Shown: positions 37,894-49,260 of the stretch, piece after piece
How the letters are laid out: each line of letters opens with the position of its first letter
Position numbering within the stretch: the stretch's first letter is position 1
Assembly (NCBI GenBank): GCA_043228905.1
Contig: JBHGNT010000003.1
Coordinates: 8,494,001 to 8,558,000 of the forward strand
Length of the DNA stretch: 64,000 bases
Direction of reading: 5' to 3'
Source of the DNA: Azolla caroliniana
Taxonomy: Eukaryota > Plantae > Polypodiophyta
Made by a program: the position numbers and the translations under genes
The notes under the pieces: generated by a model
What the model was told of the DNA's origin: nothing
Database searches by the model: none
What the model saw: only the letters and a program-made list of their open reading frames with translations

Positions 37894-38859
37894 ATGTGGG
37901 GCCATGGATCACAGTACAGGAGGGGCCTGGAATCAACCATTAATCCTACTACAAAAACTTCTACAACAACAACAACTACTACTACTACTACTACTAATAC
38001 TGCAGCTACAAAAACTTCTATAGTTAATCCAAATCGTACAAATAAACTAACTGTACTCTCATCTGGCGGGGACGCCACCACGCGGAATGATGACAGTGAC
38101 AAGCAGAACATCGGAATCGATGATGATAGCGACAGGCAGAACGATGGTATCGAAAGGATTAATGACAAGAGAAGCAGCGAAGAAGAAGATCCGCGCGTCA
38201 TCATTGTCGAAGAAGAAGAAGAAGAAGAAGAAGAAGAAGAAGAAGAAGAAGAGCACATTATGCATGAATCGGAGAGATTGTCGACGAAGAATCATGATGG
38301 CGAGGATCGGAGGAAGCATGGGGAGCACGGATCGGAATCATATGATCCCATGATTCAAGAGTCGGCGGGATTGCTGATGAGGGATGGGAGGGATGATCAC
38401 GGCGGTGAGCAGGAATCATTGGAATCATGGGCGGGGGGGCGAACATTGGGGTCATCGGAATCGTGGGCGATGATGATGAAGCGGCTGGTGCTGGTGCGGA
38501 CGCCGTGCTACTGCTGCGTGGTCGGGTGCCGGAACCACGTGGGTCACGCGCGCGCCAAGCCGCTCAAGGATCTGCGGACCCTGCAGACCCACTTCAAGCG
38601 CAAGCACGGGGCGAAGGCGCACACGTGCCGGAGGTGCGGCGTGAAGGCGTTCGCGGTGCGCGGCGACTGGCGCACCCACGAGAAGAACTGCGGGAAGCTC
38701 TGGTTCTGCACCTGCGGCTCCGATTTCAAGCACAAGCGCTCCCTCAAGGACCATATCCGCGCTTTCAATGCCGGCAACTCCTCCTCCGCCACTCCTCATC
38801 TGCACGCCCCGGCTTCTTCTTCTTCTTCTTCGACCCTCGCCCCTTCCACCTCCTACTAA
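37888..38859 (+). CDS. WIP: WIP-family C2H2 zinc-finger transcription factor, coding exon 2
   Basis: Acceptor ATGCAG|ATGCACATGTGG; [81 protein letters not shown]; TAA at 38857-38859. Confidence 0.95.
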   Translation: MHMWGHGSQYRRGLESTINPTTKTSTTTTTTTTTTTNTAATKTSIVNPNRTNKLTVLSSGGDATTRNDDSDKQNIGIDDDSDRQNDGIERINDKRSSEEEDPRVIIVEEEEEEEEEEEEEEEHIMHESERLSTKNHDGEDRRKHGEHGSESYDPMIQESAGLLMRDGRDDHGGEQESLESWAGGRTLGSSESWAMMMKRLVLVRTPCYCCVVGCRNHVGHARAKPLKDLRTLQTHFKRKHGAKAHTCRRCGVKAFAVRGDWRTHEKNCGKLWFCTCGSDFKHKRSLKDHIRAFNAGNSSSATPHLHAPASSSSSSTLAPSTSY

Positions 38860-38949
38860 TCATCATCACTATAATGAATGAATGAATCAGTAAATACACT
38901 TGATTTTCATAAATGTATGTATATATATACATACCCCCCCTCCCCACCA

Positions 38950-40255
38950 TAATCAATCATTACATACTTATATATATATGCTATAGTCCTGAATCCATTG
39001 CATTGATTGATATGATTTGATTGATTGATCCACAGTTAAATGCCACATGAAATCAATCATATTGCTGTACCTACTTCAGCTAATCTTCTCCATCTTGTTT
39101 TAACAAGTACATACATATACATTTTAAGTATTGAATGCATGCATATAAGTATACACCATGATGATCAATCAATATATACTTGATTTCGTATATACACACC
39201 CCCATCATTACATAACTGGATCCATACTTAAGTCCTGAATGCATATATACACCATGATGATCAATCAATATACTTGATTTATTATATACACAACCCCATC
39301 ATTACATACATATATGCTAAGACTTACTGAATCCATTTCATTGATTGTTTGATCCACAGTTAATGCCTCTTGAAATTGATAATGTTGCTATATATATATG
39401 CTATAGTACTGAATCCATTCCATTGATTGATATGATTTGATTGATTGATCCACAGTTAAATGCCACTTGAAATCAATCATATTGCTGTTTCTACTTCAGC
39501 TAATCTTCTCCATACATATTGTTCTAACAAATACATATACATTTAAGTATTGAATGCATGCATATATACACCATGATGATCAATCAATATATACTTGATT
39601 TACTATATACACACCTCCATCATCATTACATACTTATATATGACATTAATATTGGATCCATTTCATTGATCGATTAATCCACAGTTAAATGCCTCTTATT
39701 TGATGATCGCGTCGCTGTTTCTACTTCAATTAATCTCTATATTTTCCTAACAAATACATATACATAAAGTATTGAATGCATGCATTATCAATATACTTGA
39801 TTTACTATATATACACACCCCATCATTACATACTTATATATGCTGGTACTGAATCCATACTTAAGTACTGAATGCATACATATATACACCATGATGATCA
39901 ATATACTTGATTTCCTATACACGCACCCCTTCATTTACATATACATACATATATGCAAGTACTCAATCCATTTCATTGATTGATCCACAGTTAATGCCTC
40001 TTGAAATTGATTTAAATGTTGCTGTTTCTACTTAAATTAATCTTCTCCATTTTGTTTTAACACAGTAAGTACTGAATACATACATATATACACCATGATG
40101 ATCAATATACTTGATTTAATATACACACACCCCCATCATTACATACATATATGCTAGTACCTTGATTGATTGATCGATCCGCAGTTAATGCTTCTTGAAA
40201 GTGATCATATTGCTGTTTCTACTTGAATTAAAAGATTCTCCATTTTGTTTTAACA
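38950..40255. repeat. Complex tandem repeat field directly 3' of the WIP stop
   Basis: ATCCACAGTTAA(A)TGC occurs six times (~39028, 39351, 39448, 39677, 39982, 40176) together with ACACCATGATGATCAAT and CATCATTACATA modules. Confidence 0.85.
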
Positions 40256-40937
40256 AAGTCCAAATACATTAAGTCTCCCTTATAATACATAAATTACATT
40301 GATTCATCATTAACCTACCCCATGAAGGATCAAAGAAATAATGATGTACTGCCCCCCCTTGTTACACCATTCCTCACTCTTTAGTAACCCCCCCCCCCCC
40401 ACCTTAATGGATGACAAACATCAATGGTGGAGCAGACATATACAAGTTGAAGCGAGCTACTTACCGTCTCCTCGGATTCATTCACCTCGGATTCATTCAG
40501 GCTGATCATGACCACCATTTTACCCTAATACTACTAATGATTCAACAATAATATTGCAGGTGGCCTTCATTAATCCACCTTATTGTCAATCATCTTCAGT
40601 GTCCACCTTCATGCAGCTTTAATCGTGTACATCTTGTGATTACATTCACGAATCACAACATATCTTCAAAATGGGTCTACCAAGATATATATCCCTGCCC
40701 ATTTCTTAATATATATTACTTTCAAAATTTCTGCACATTCATTCATTCATATCATATTTACCATCATCTTGCACGAGAACTCATACATAATTGGCTTCTC
40801 TACTTGGATCATGATGATCAAATCCTGTCGCTAAGATGTAAGTAGCCTTTTGATCACCTAATTATAAATGGCTCCAGTGTGCATGCATTATTGGTTGGGA
40901 TCACTAACCCATATTAATGTTGGATGTTTAAGTACCT

Positions 40938-41316
40938 TGTTTGGGATTAAAGCTGATTAGACAATATTTTAATCATCAAGTCACCGATTGATCATGCGTA
41001 AGTACCTCGTTTAGATTGAAGCTGATTACACGATATTAGAAACAATGGAGATTAATATAAATCACAAATCTATATCATAAATAAATATTTAAACAAGAAT
41101 GTATAATATAACAACCTATTCTTGTGACTATTATGAATGGGTGATATCACTGATTCCACCAATATATAAAATAATCATTAATATAAATAGTTCCTAAACG
41201 ATTGTGTTCACGATGTTGAATATTTCTGATTAGTAATGCCCGTCGATACCGTAATTGCATTGACCAATCGGTGACTTAATGTTCAAAATATCGTATAATC
41301 AGCTTCAATTCCAACA
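40938..41316. mobile_element. Fold-back/MITE-like element with ~60-bp imperfect inverted ends
   Basis: AAGCTGATTAGACAATATTT..AAGTCACCGATTG (40950-40990) versus CAATCGGTGACTT..AAATATCGTATAATCAGCTT (41265-41305). Confidence 0.65.
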
Positions 41317-41339
41317 TAATTTAAATACATAATTTTCTT

Positions 41340-43884
41340 ATTTTGTAGGTTTAAATAATTTATATCCCTTTAAAGCCATTCGGATTGGCCATACCCTACT
41401 AATATACATTGTATATTGTGGAGGTCTAATTTCTTTCTCTATTTGGGAGCGATGTGACTATTATAAATTTATACGCAATCGCCCCAAATGTCTTCTAAGT
41501 TTTCCAACATTAGGATTTCTTCCAAACCATAGAAAAAAAAAATGGTATATTGAATTTGGGTACCTTATAAGGAGATCGATTTGTAAATTATAACATGGCC
41601 TCTTGCCAACATTCATTGTGCAGTCTGACCACTTGATGCATGCATCCAATAACGTCTTATTCATTCGCTCCGCAACACCATAATTTTGTTGCGGGTTGTA
41701 TGAAGTTGTAAACTCATGTCTTGCGCCCAACGTCTTACGAAATGTCCTCCATTCGGTCGAACAATATTCTCCACCATTATATCACTTCTAATTGTTTTAA
41801 TTTGAGATTGATGTTGGTTTTCATCAAAGTGCTTTGTGGGTTTTGAAGGCATTGAAAACACCATCTTTACTCTTTGATGAAATAAATTATGGTGAACCTT
41901 GTGAGGTGATCAATAAAAGTAATGAAATATCGATTGCCAATTATTGGAGGTATTTGTAGTGGCACACATAAATTGAAATGGATGATTTGGAGTCGGCCTC
42001 TCGATTTGATGAACGTGAAGAGGAAACTTTCTTGTACTTTGTTTGCCATAGATGCATCCTTCACAAATCGATAGATATTGAAATGGTTTATTTAGTATAC
42101 CTTCAACAAGTTTGTGTGTTTGAATTGTCTTCATTGATTTTGGATGTAGGTAGCCTAGCCTATGATACCATATCAAGGTTTGATCATCTTGTTGATGGTT
42201 TGAAGTTATGTAAGCTTCAATTAATGAATGGTCCATTGTCTTCAATGGGCATTGGGCATATTTTTCCAATCTTCAGACACATTGTTTTAATTATTTCTCC
42301 CACGGGTAACTTATAATGATATATAGCGTAGTTGTAATGAAATTCTATTATTGTTCCATTTGATATAACTTCACTCATAGATATTATAGATAATAAGTTC
42401 TTTGCTAGCCCCTGAACAAAGTAAATGTTTAAGATGGTAATTTTGGATTTATTATTGATTGACAAATGAATGGTACCTTTTCCAAGTGCTAACTTGGTTC
42501 CATTATTTTTGAAGCGTACCTCAAGTGGGTGATGAAATGGATTGTGGTCATACAACAATTCTCGTGTATGGGTTAGATTGTGGGTGGCTTTGGTGTCAAA
42601 GTGCCATAATCTTTCCATATGAGTTTTGTTTCTTTGGACTTCTCACATGAATGCTTGTACGGAGGATAGGACATCATCTTCATTAGGTATTGATGCAAAA
42701 TGTGCTTGGGCATTGAACCTTTTACCTTTGTTTCTTTGGTCGTTTTGCTTTCAGAGACATTCTCTTTCAATGTATCCCGGTTTGTTGTAATATCTAAACA
42801 TGATTACAGTGGAGACATTGATTGCTCCTTGCCTTGATGGTTGGTTTGGCTTGTATGACCTTTGAAACTTTTGAAACCTTGGGTTTGAGAAGTTGGATTT
42901 CTGAAATCTTGTTATCACGTGCATTACCATTGATCCATTGTTGTGTTTCATCTTACCCTTTGTTTTTCGGATCTCTTCTCATTTCAATTTTCAAAACATG
43001 TTCGTCAAGTTCGAAATGTCATTGTTTCCATGTGTGGTGACAAAAGTGTCCCATGAATATGGTAAGGCACCCAAGATTAAATCAAATTTCATATCTTCAT
43101 CAATTTTATTACTTGTTGGCAATACTTGCTCAAGGGCTAACTGCCATTTTCTGATGAATGCTTGCTCAAGTTTTTCCATTGCCAATGTGACAAGGTGTCT
43201 CAAAGTGTTGACCTTTATTGTTTTATTTGAGGGTTTGTGGCGTTCCTTCAATCCATCCCATATTTCTTTTAATGTTTCTAGTTATTTTACTAAATCTATT
43301 TGCTCATCGGTTAGATGCATAACCAATTCCATGTGTGCATCTAAATCTTTATTTTTCCATTCCATCAATTCTAGGATAGTTGTAATTTGTGGTATTATAC
43401 CTTTCGCAATGTCGATTAATTGTGCTCTTTCAAGGATTAGGCTCATCCTTACTTTCCACATTCTATAATTCTTGTCATTGAGTTCCCTCATGGTGTTCTT
43501 TCTTGTCATGCGTTGTTTTGTTTGTTGAACTTGTGTTGGAATCCATCTTCATAGATCTTTCGGATCAATTAGACTTCTTGATGGTTGTGCTTTAATTCCT
43601 AGTGGAAGGCCCTGATACCATATAGGAATAAGTACTATCTAACAAAGTATAATAGTTGTATATATGTAACTTAATTTGATGATAAAAGAGAGATTACATT
43701 ATGATCATGTTAGGTGTTACATTTTATAGGTAGAAGAGATCATAGGAAAGTTTGTAGTGGGAATGTTCATTGTGAACAAATCTCATATGAATTTGTTGTA
43801 AGGTTCCTCATTGTGAACTGTTGAGAATCAAACTCAACTTCCCATGTGTGGGAACACACTCTAGGATACTCAAGTGTGTGAACA
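41340..43884 (-). mobile_element. Degenerate Ty1/copia: LTR, PBS, gag, protease and integrase; RT absent
   Basis: PBS TGGTATCAGGG at 43610-43620; gag LNDKNYRMWKVRM; WHFDTKATHN; WYHRLGY..CEGCIYGKQ; YFITFIDHLTRFT; PQQN..AERMNKTL; LTR ~43621-43884. Confidence 0.9.
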
Positions 43885-43909
43885 CTCCACCTCCTTGTAT
43901 AATAACTAG

Positions 43910-44110
43910 TGTGTCATAGAAGTTAATGTTCTATGACACATATTCTTTAAGTAAGTTATGACACGACCTCTTTCCCAAGAGGCGGTACTAGTGAGAGAAC
44001 TTAGAGAGAAGATGACTACATAAGCACCTTCTCCTTCTCTTTGTAACAGTTGGTCATTCTTGTTTCCTTGTAATACAGTTTTTTGTTTTTCTGTAATCGC
44101 TCTCTCTCTC

Positions 44111-44154
<44 letters not shown>

Positions 44155-46138
44155 CACACACACACACACACAGTTCTTCCGTTGCACAGAATCATCGATT
44201 CTTTACATGGTATTAGAGCGCCTGGTTGCTTGATAGAAGTCCATTGCCTCTGCGTGTGTTGTACCCAATCCTGAGTTCGGAAAGAACCGGCTGATCACTG
44301 TAGCAGCAACTTACACAATTTGTATCAAAGAGAAGAAGAAGAAGAAGAAGAAGAAGAAGAAACTTGACATGAATACTCAGATGGGAAGTGCCCTTCCTAT
44401 TGAGAAGGTTGACAGAAACAACTTTGCATCTTGGGAGTACAAGATGCACCAATACCTTGTTGGCCAAGGTTATTGGAGCTATGTCGAGGGAGCACACGAA
44501 AATCAACCCAACCCAACACATGCCGACTACCCAGCTTGGGAGCAAGCGGCGAATTGTGTGTTGTATTGCCTTGCATCATGCGTCCAAGATCACATGCTCG
44601 GCTACATCTGAGAGGACAAAACGCCAAAGGAGGCGTGGGGGAATCTCAAGAAGATCTTTGCGGCCAACACAACCGCAAGAAAGCTTCAACTCCGTCAAGA
44701 GTTGAATGGTATACAACAGAGGTACATGCCAATTGGCATCTACATCTTGAAGATCAAGGAACTATGTGATGCCCTCGAGTCGATCAATGTTAGCATTGAT
44801 GACGATGAAATGGTGCCGATTTTCCTTGGAGGCTTGGCACCACGGTTTGCAGCCATCCAGTCGGCAGTCTTCGCGAGGGAGAATCCTCCATCCTTTGATC
44901 TCCAGTCGATGTTGTTGGTTGAGGAGAATAATGTTCGAACAAGAAGCAATGTGCGAGGACATGCTCTATTCGAACTTCGATAGAGGAAGAGGACAAGATC
45001 GTGGAAGAAGACGTTGATTCGGCCAAGGTCGACACAACCACGAGCAACCTTGAGAACATAACTTCTACTACCGACAAGATGTTTCGAACGTGCGAGGCGT
45101 AATGTCCGGAAGAAGGGGGAGCAATCAGGCCGGACCCAACCGACAAAACAATTCCGCCCAATGCGGATATTGTGGTAAATTCGGCCACTATGAGGTAGAG
45201 TGTTTGAAAAAGAAGAGTGAGTCGACCTCCACAAGCCGAAAACTCACAAACTACGCCTCCAACTCCGACTACGGCAATCGTGGCGGAATGTTTGTGATGA
45301 GGCACAAAGCGAACATGATGACAACCTCCAACCCGACCAACACCTCCAAACCAGAAGATGTATGGTTTGTCGATTTAGGTGCATCCAATCACATGACATC
45401 CCAGAAGGATTGGTTCAAAGAGCTACGAAAGCCTGAATGACCTGGCTATGTGGAAACTGGGAATGACACAATTCACCCCATTCAGCATGTCGGCAATGTC
45501 CCATTTGGGGAAGAAGTCAACCAAACCTACATCAAGAAAGTTCCGCATGTTCCTACAATAACAAAGAACCTAGTCTCATTTGGGTAGATAGTCGAACAAG
45601 GCATGTCAGTCCGCTTCAAGGATGGAGGATGCTTCATCGAAAAAGAAGACCGATTGATCGGTCGTGGTTGGAGAGAAGGCCAAACGTTCATCCTCGATTC
45701 TCACGAGATGAAATCGGCAATGTATGTTGAGGTCCAAAAGACCGACATTGACTTAGAGTTGTGGCACAAATGAATTGGCCATATTAACCTCCAAAAGCTC
45801 AAAGGAATGCAGTCAAAAGGAGTCTTCATTGGACTCCCGAATTTTACCGAAAAGGAAATTGTAGGCGTATGCAAAGCTTGCCAACTCGGCAAACAACATC
45901 ATCAACCGTTCCCGAAAGAGAGGAACGTAAGCAACGAGATCTTGGATGTAATACATTAAGATATGTGGGGACCAACCCAAATGACAACATTTGGTGGTTG
46001 TCGATACTATGTGATGTTCATTGACGACTTCTCTAGGAACACCTGGATCTACCCTATCCGGCATAAGAGGGAAGTGTTCGAACACTTCCAAAAGTTCAAA
46101 AACGAAGTCGAAAATACAACCGGTTGCCATGTCCGGTT
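43910..46138 (+). mobile_element. Ty1/copia: 5' LTR (ends 44207, start approximate), PBS, gag, protease and integrase N-half; truncated
   Basis: TTACA|TGGTATTAGAGC (iMet PBS 44208-44219); IEKVDRNNFASWEYKM; CGYCGKFGHYEVEC; WFVDLGASNHM; LWHK..GH; WGP..YYVMFIDDFSR. Confidence 0.92.
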
Positions 46139-46289
46139 CTCCGTTCCAGATACCAATCCGGGTTCGGCTTATTCATGCGTTCCGGATACCAATCCGGGTT
46201 CAGCTTATTCAGTTGATCCAGATCCAGTTGAGCTTGTCCGCTCAAAACTTACTAAACGAGGAAGCTCGCCTGAAGGACCGAGAGTCTAT

Positions 46290-47075
46290 TGCTGACCCGA
46301 AGGCCTTAGTCATAGAGAGAGACACAAATCGAGGAAGAGGCTGGAATCAAAGTCCCTAGAATCAAGATAAGTCGGGGACGCGGTCGAAGTCAAGGGGAAG
46401 GCCTATGTGCTTCTATTGTGGGAATCGGGGCACTTCCAAAAGTATTGTCGACACTTCCGAAAAGAGAAAGGGGGAGCCGACGATGTGCAGCCGAAGAAGA
46501 TTTTGGACAGTAAGAAAACGTCGGCAATCACAACAAGTGAGGAGGAGTTGTTGCTCATCAGTAGGCAAAATGAAGTGAACCTCATCAACGATGAATCTAC
46601 ATGGGTGGTCAATTTGGGTGCATCGTTCCACCTAACCCCCGATCTGAATGCATCTCATCTTATAGAGTCGGCGATCTCGAATCTGTAAAGATGGGAAATG
46701 AAAGGGCATGCCGAATTGTCGGCATAGGAGATGTGTGTTTGGTAATGTCAACCGGGTGCAGACTTGTGTTGAAAGACGTATGACACGTTTCAGAAGTCAG
46801 ATTGAATCTGATATCAATCGGTCGGCTGGATGATGACGGCTACACGGGTAGCATCCGGAGTGGCGTCATGAAGTTCTGCAAATGGAGCCTGATTGTGGCT
46901 TGATCTTGAAAGACAAACACACTATGCTTGATGCATGCTCGATTATGCCGAGGGGAAGCAAATCTGGCAGTCGACACTATCGAAGAACTGTGGCACATGA
47001 GGTTATGTTATATGAGCGACAAGGGGATGTGAAAACTTGCCAATGATAACCTCATTCCGAAGGTGAAGAGGAAAC
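46290..47075 (+). mobile_element. Second copia fragment (Tnt1/Tork-like): gag knuckle, protease and pre-integrase
   Basis: RSKSRG, CFYCG..GHFQKYC, WVVNLGASFHLTP, VKMGN..IVGIGDV, LWHMRL.YMS.KG. Confidence 0.85.
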
Positions 47076-49260
47076 CAAAAGCTGAATTTAGATGGATTGC
47101 AAAAGGGGAATCCACCAGATATCTAGGAACGTGGATTGGTGTAGATATCGACAAAGGAATACATTTGAAACAAATTCAAAGTAAATTTTGTGATAAAATA
47201 CGCATCTGGTTCGGGAAGAACTTATCATTGGCTAGCAGGATTATAGTAGCTAACCATGTGCTCTTGTCTACGTTGTGGCATGCGGTCTCACTGTAGATGT
47301 TTGATAAGCATGCTATTTGTACTGTTAAAGCATGTATCAAGGGATTCCTATGGGCTGGGAATAGGAAAGACAACATAGTAGCTAAAGTATCATGGTCTAC
47401 GTTGACGCTTCACAAAAGTGAGGGGGGTTTAGGATTGATTGGCCCTAGATTGCAAAGTCAGTCATTGCTATGCAAGGTATTGGTAAGGAGCTTGCTACCC
47501 GGAAATGAGTTATGGAAAACGTTGATTCATAATAGAAGCATCCTCTGGAGTCCACGACTTGGTGGACATTGGAAGCCACATAAATCATGGCTATTTTGTA
47601 TGGACTTAAAGCTTAGGAAATCTAATATGTTGGCTGATCGCACATGTATGTTAGTGATGAAGGCATGGAGTATGGTTTGTGGGCATCTAAGTCGGATAGG
47701 TCCAAGTACTAATGTTGAATGGATGCACCAACCCCTATTGTGGAATGAGACCTTAAAGTCGACGAAGGGAAAGATGTTTGGACAGAACAAGGTTATGTCA
47801 TGCGCTATATTGTATTGTGCAAGGATTCATTCAATGACACATTGGATGCGGTTGTTTGCTAGTAATTGTGATAAATTATATGAAAACTTGGGAAAGTTCA
47901 GAAATGGCAAGAAGATGCTTGACCTAGTCAATACAGTTATATACTTTGTTCCTTTCAGTAATGTGGAAGAGGGTGAATGGTCCAGACAATGTGATGATAC
48001 GGGAAAAATTATCAATGCCAAGGGTCTAGGAAAGAACAGGAAGATTATCCAGTTGGGATCCGTAGATGAAGGTGCAAGTTGGTCCCCGATTAGAATTGTG
48101 GCGCTAGACGGTAAGAAATGGAAGGTGAATCCGCTAGTCATTGAGGTTGAGGAGGACTGGATCTTGTATGTGGTTGAAGCCAAACCACTCAAGTGTTTAG
48201 AATGAGATCCTGTAGAATATAAGTGGAGAGAAGAACAAGATAAATCAATAGGTTTCTTCAAGCACTCGACGCACTTGGGGAGAAAGTATGATTGCATCAT
48301 GAGAAATGTGCCAATAAATGGGCCCATGTAGATGTCGATTCGGTCTTCGTGGATAGAACCAAGTGCAGGATATGGAAATCATCCCTCCCCAAGAGGGTCA
48401 AAGTGTTTTTCTGGTTAATCACCCATCGGGTTGTTCCAACTGAAGAGTGGCTTGGGAGAAGGGGTGGCATGAATTGCAAGGCCTGCGGAGCGAGTTTGGA
48501 GGATAACGCACACTGTTTGTGGAGTTGCTTGCGAGCCCACAAAGTTTGGATGAGGAGATTAAGAATCTTGGCTCGGTCCGGGGTTGATGTTCATGTATTG
48601 AGTGCAGCAGCTATTTGGTTGGCTATTGAATCGACTATGTGCTTTCATGGGTGGAATGGAAATAGTCCTTTAAAGGTGGTGCATGGGACTGTACAACCTT
48701 CAGCACAAGGAGGTTCATTCTACATATAGGAACGGTACGTGGACATTTGGTTATTAGTGGTCAACCTTACAGTTTGGCAAGTGTGCGTATCTAGGTGCAA
48801 TGAGTCTTTCACAGATAAGAGAACCCTCAAATGCAAGTGAAGAAGCCTTTAGGGGCCCTCAGATGCAATCGAAGAAGCTAGAGGTCATTTCCTTCTGAAA
48901 TGGAGAGGTTCTCCAATGTTGCAGATGGTGGATGGCAATGCAAAGTGGATTATCAACCACGATGGTGGTTGTTCCATCTGAGAGTACCAAACATATAGGT
49001 GGGTGTTGCCACGTAAAGAGATTGGAGGATGTCTATGTTGAAATTGGGTTGTATGAGGCTCACGTTGAGGGTATGCGGTCGAGTAATATTGTGCTCATCG
49101 GATGATGCGGCGATTATGAGTTTTTTGTTTATTCCTTTATACATGTCAGTTTCTTTATAGCCATGCAAGTTGGCTTGTAAGACATGGGTTGTATATATTA
49201 TCCTATGTACATTGACTTAACTAATGGAAGTAGTAATTTTTTTGTAAAAGAAAAAAAAAA
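47076..49260 (+). mobile_element. 5'-truncated L1-like LINE with poly(A) tail
   Basis: RYLG, LSLASRI..N.VL.STLW, KVSW..L.L.KSEGGLGLI; zf-RVT IWKS.LP.RVK.F.W..CKACG..E...HCLWSC; A-rich tail at 49246-49260. Confidence 0.9.
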
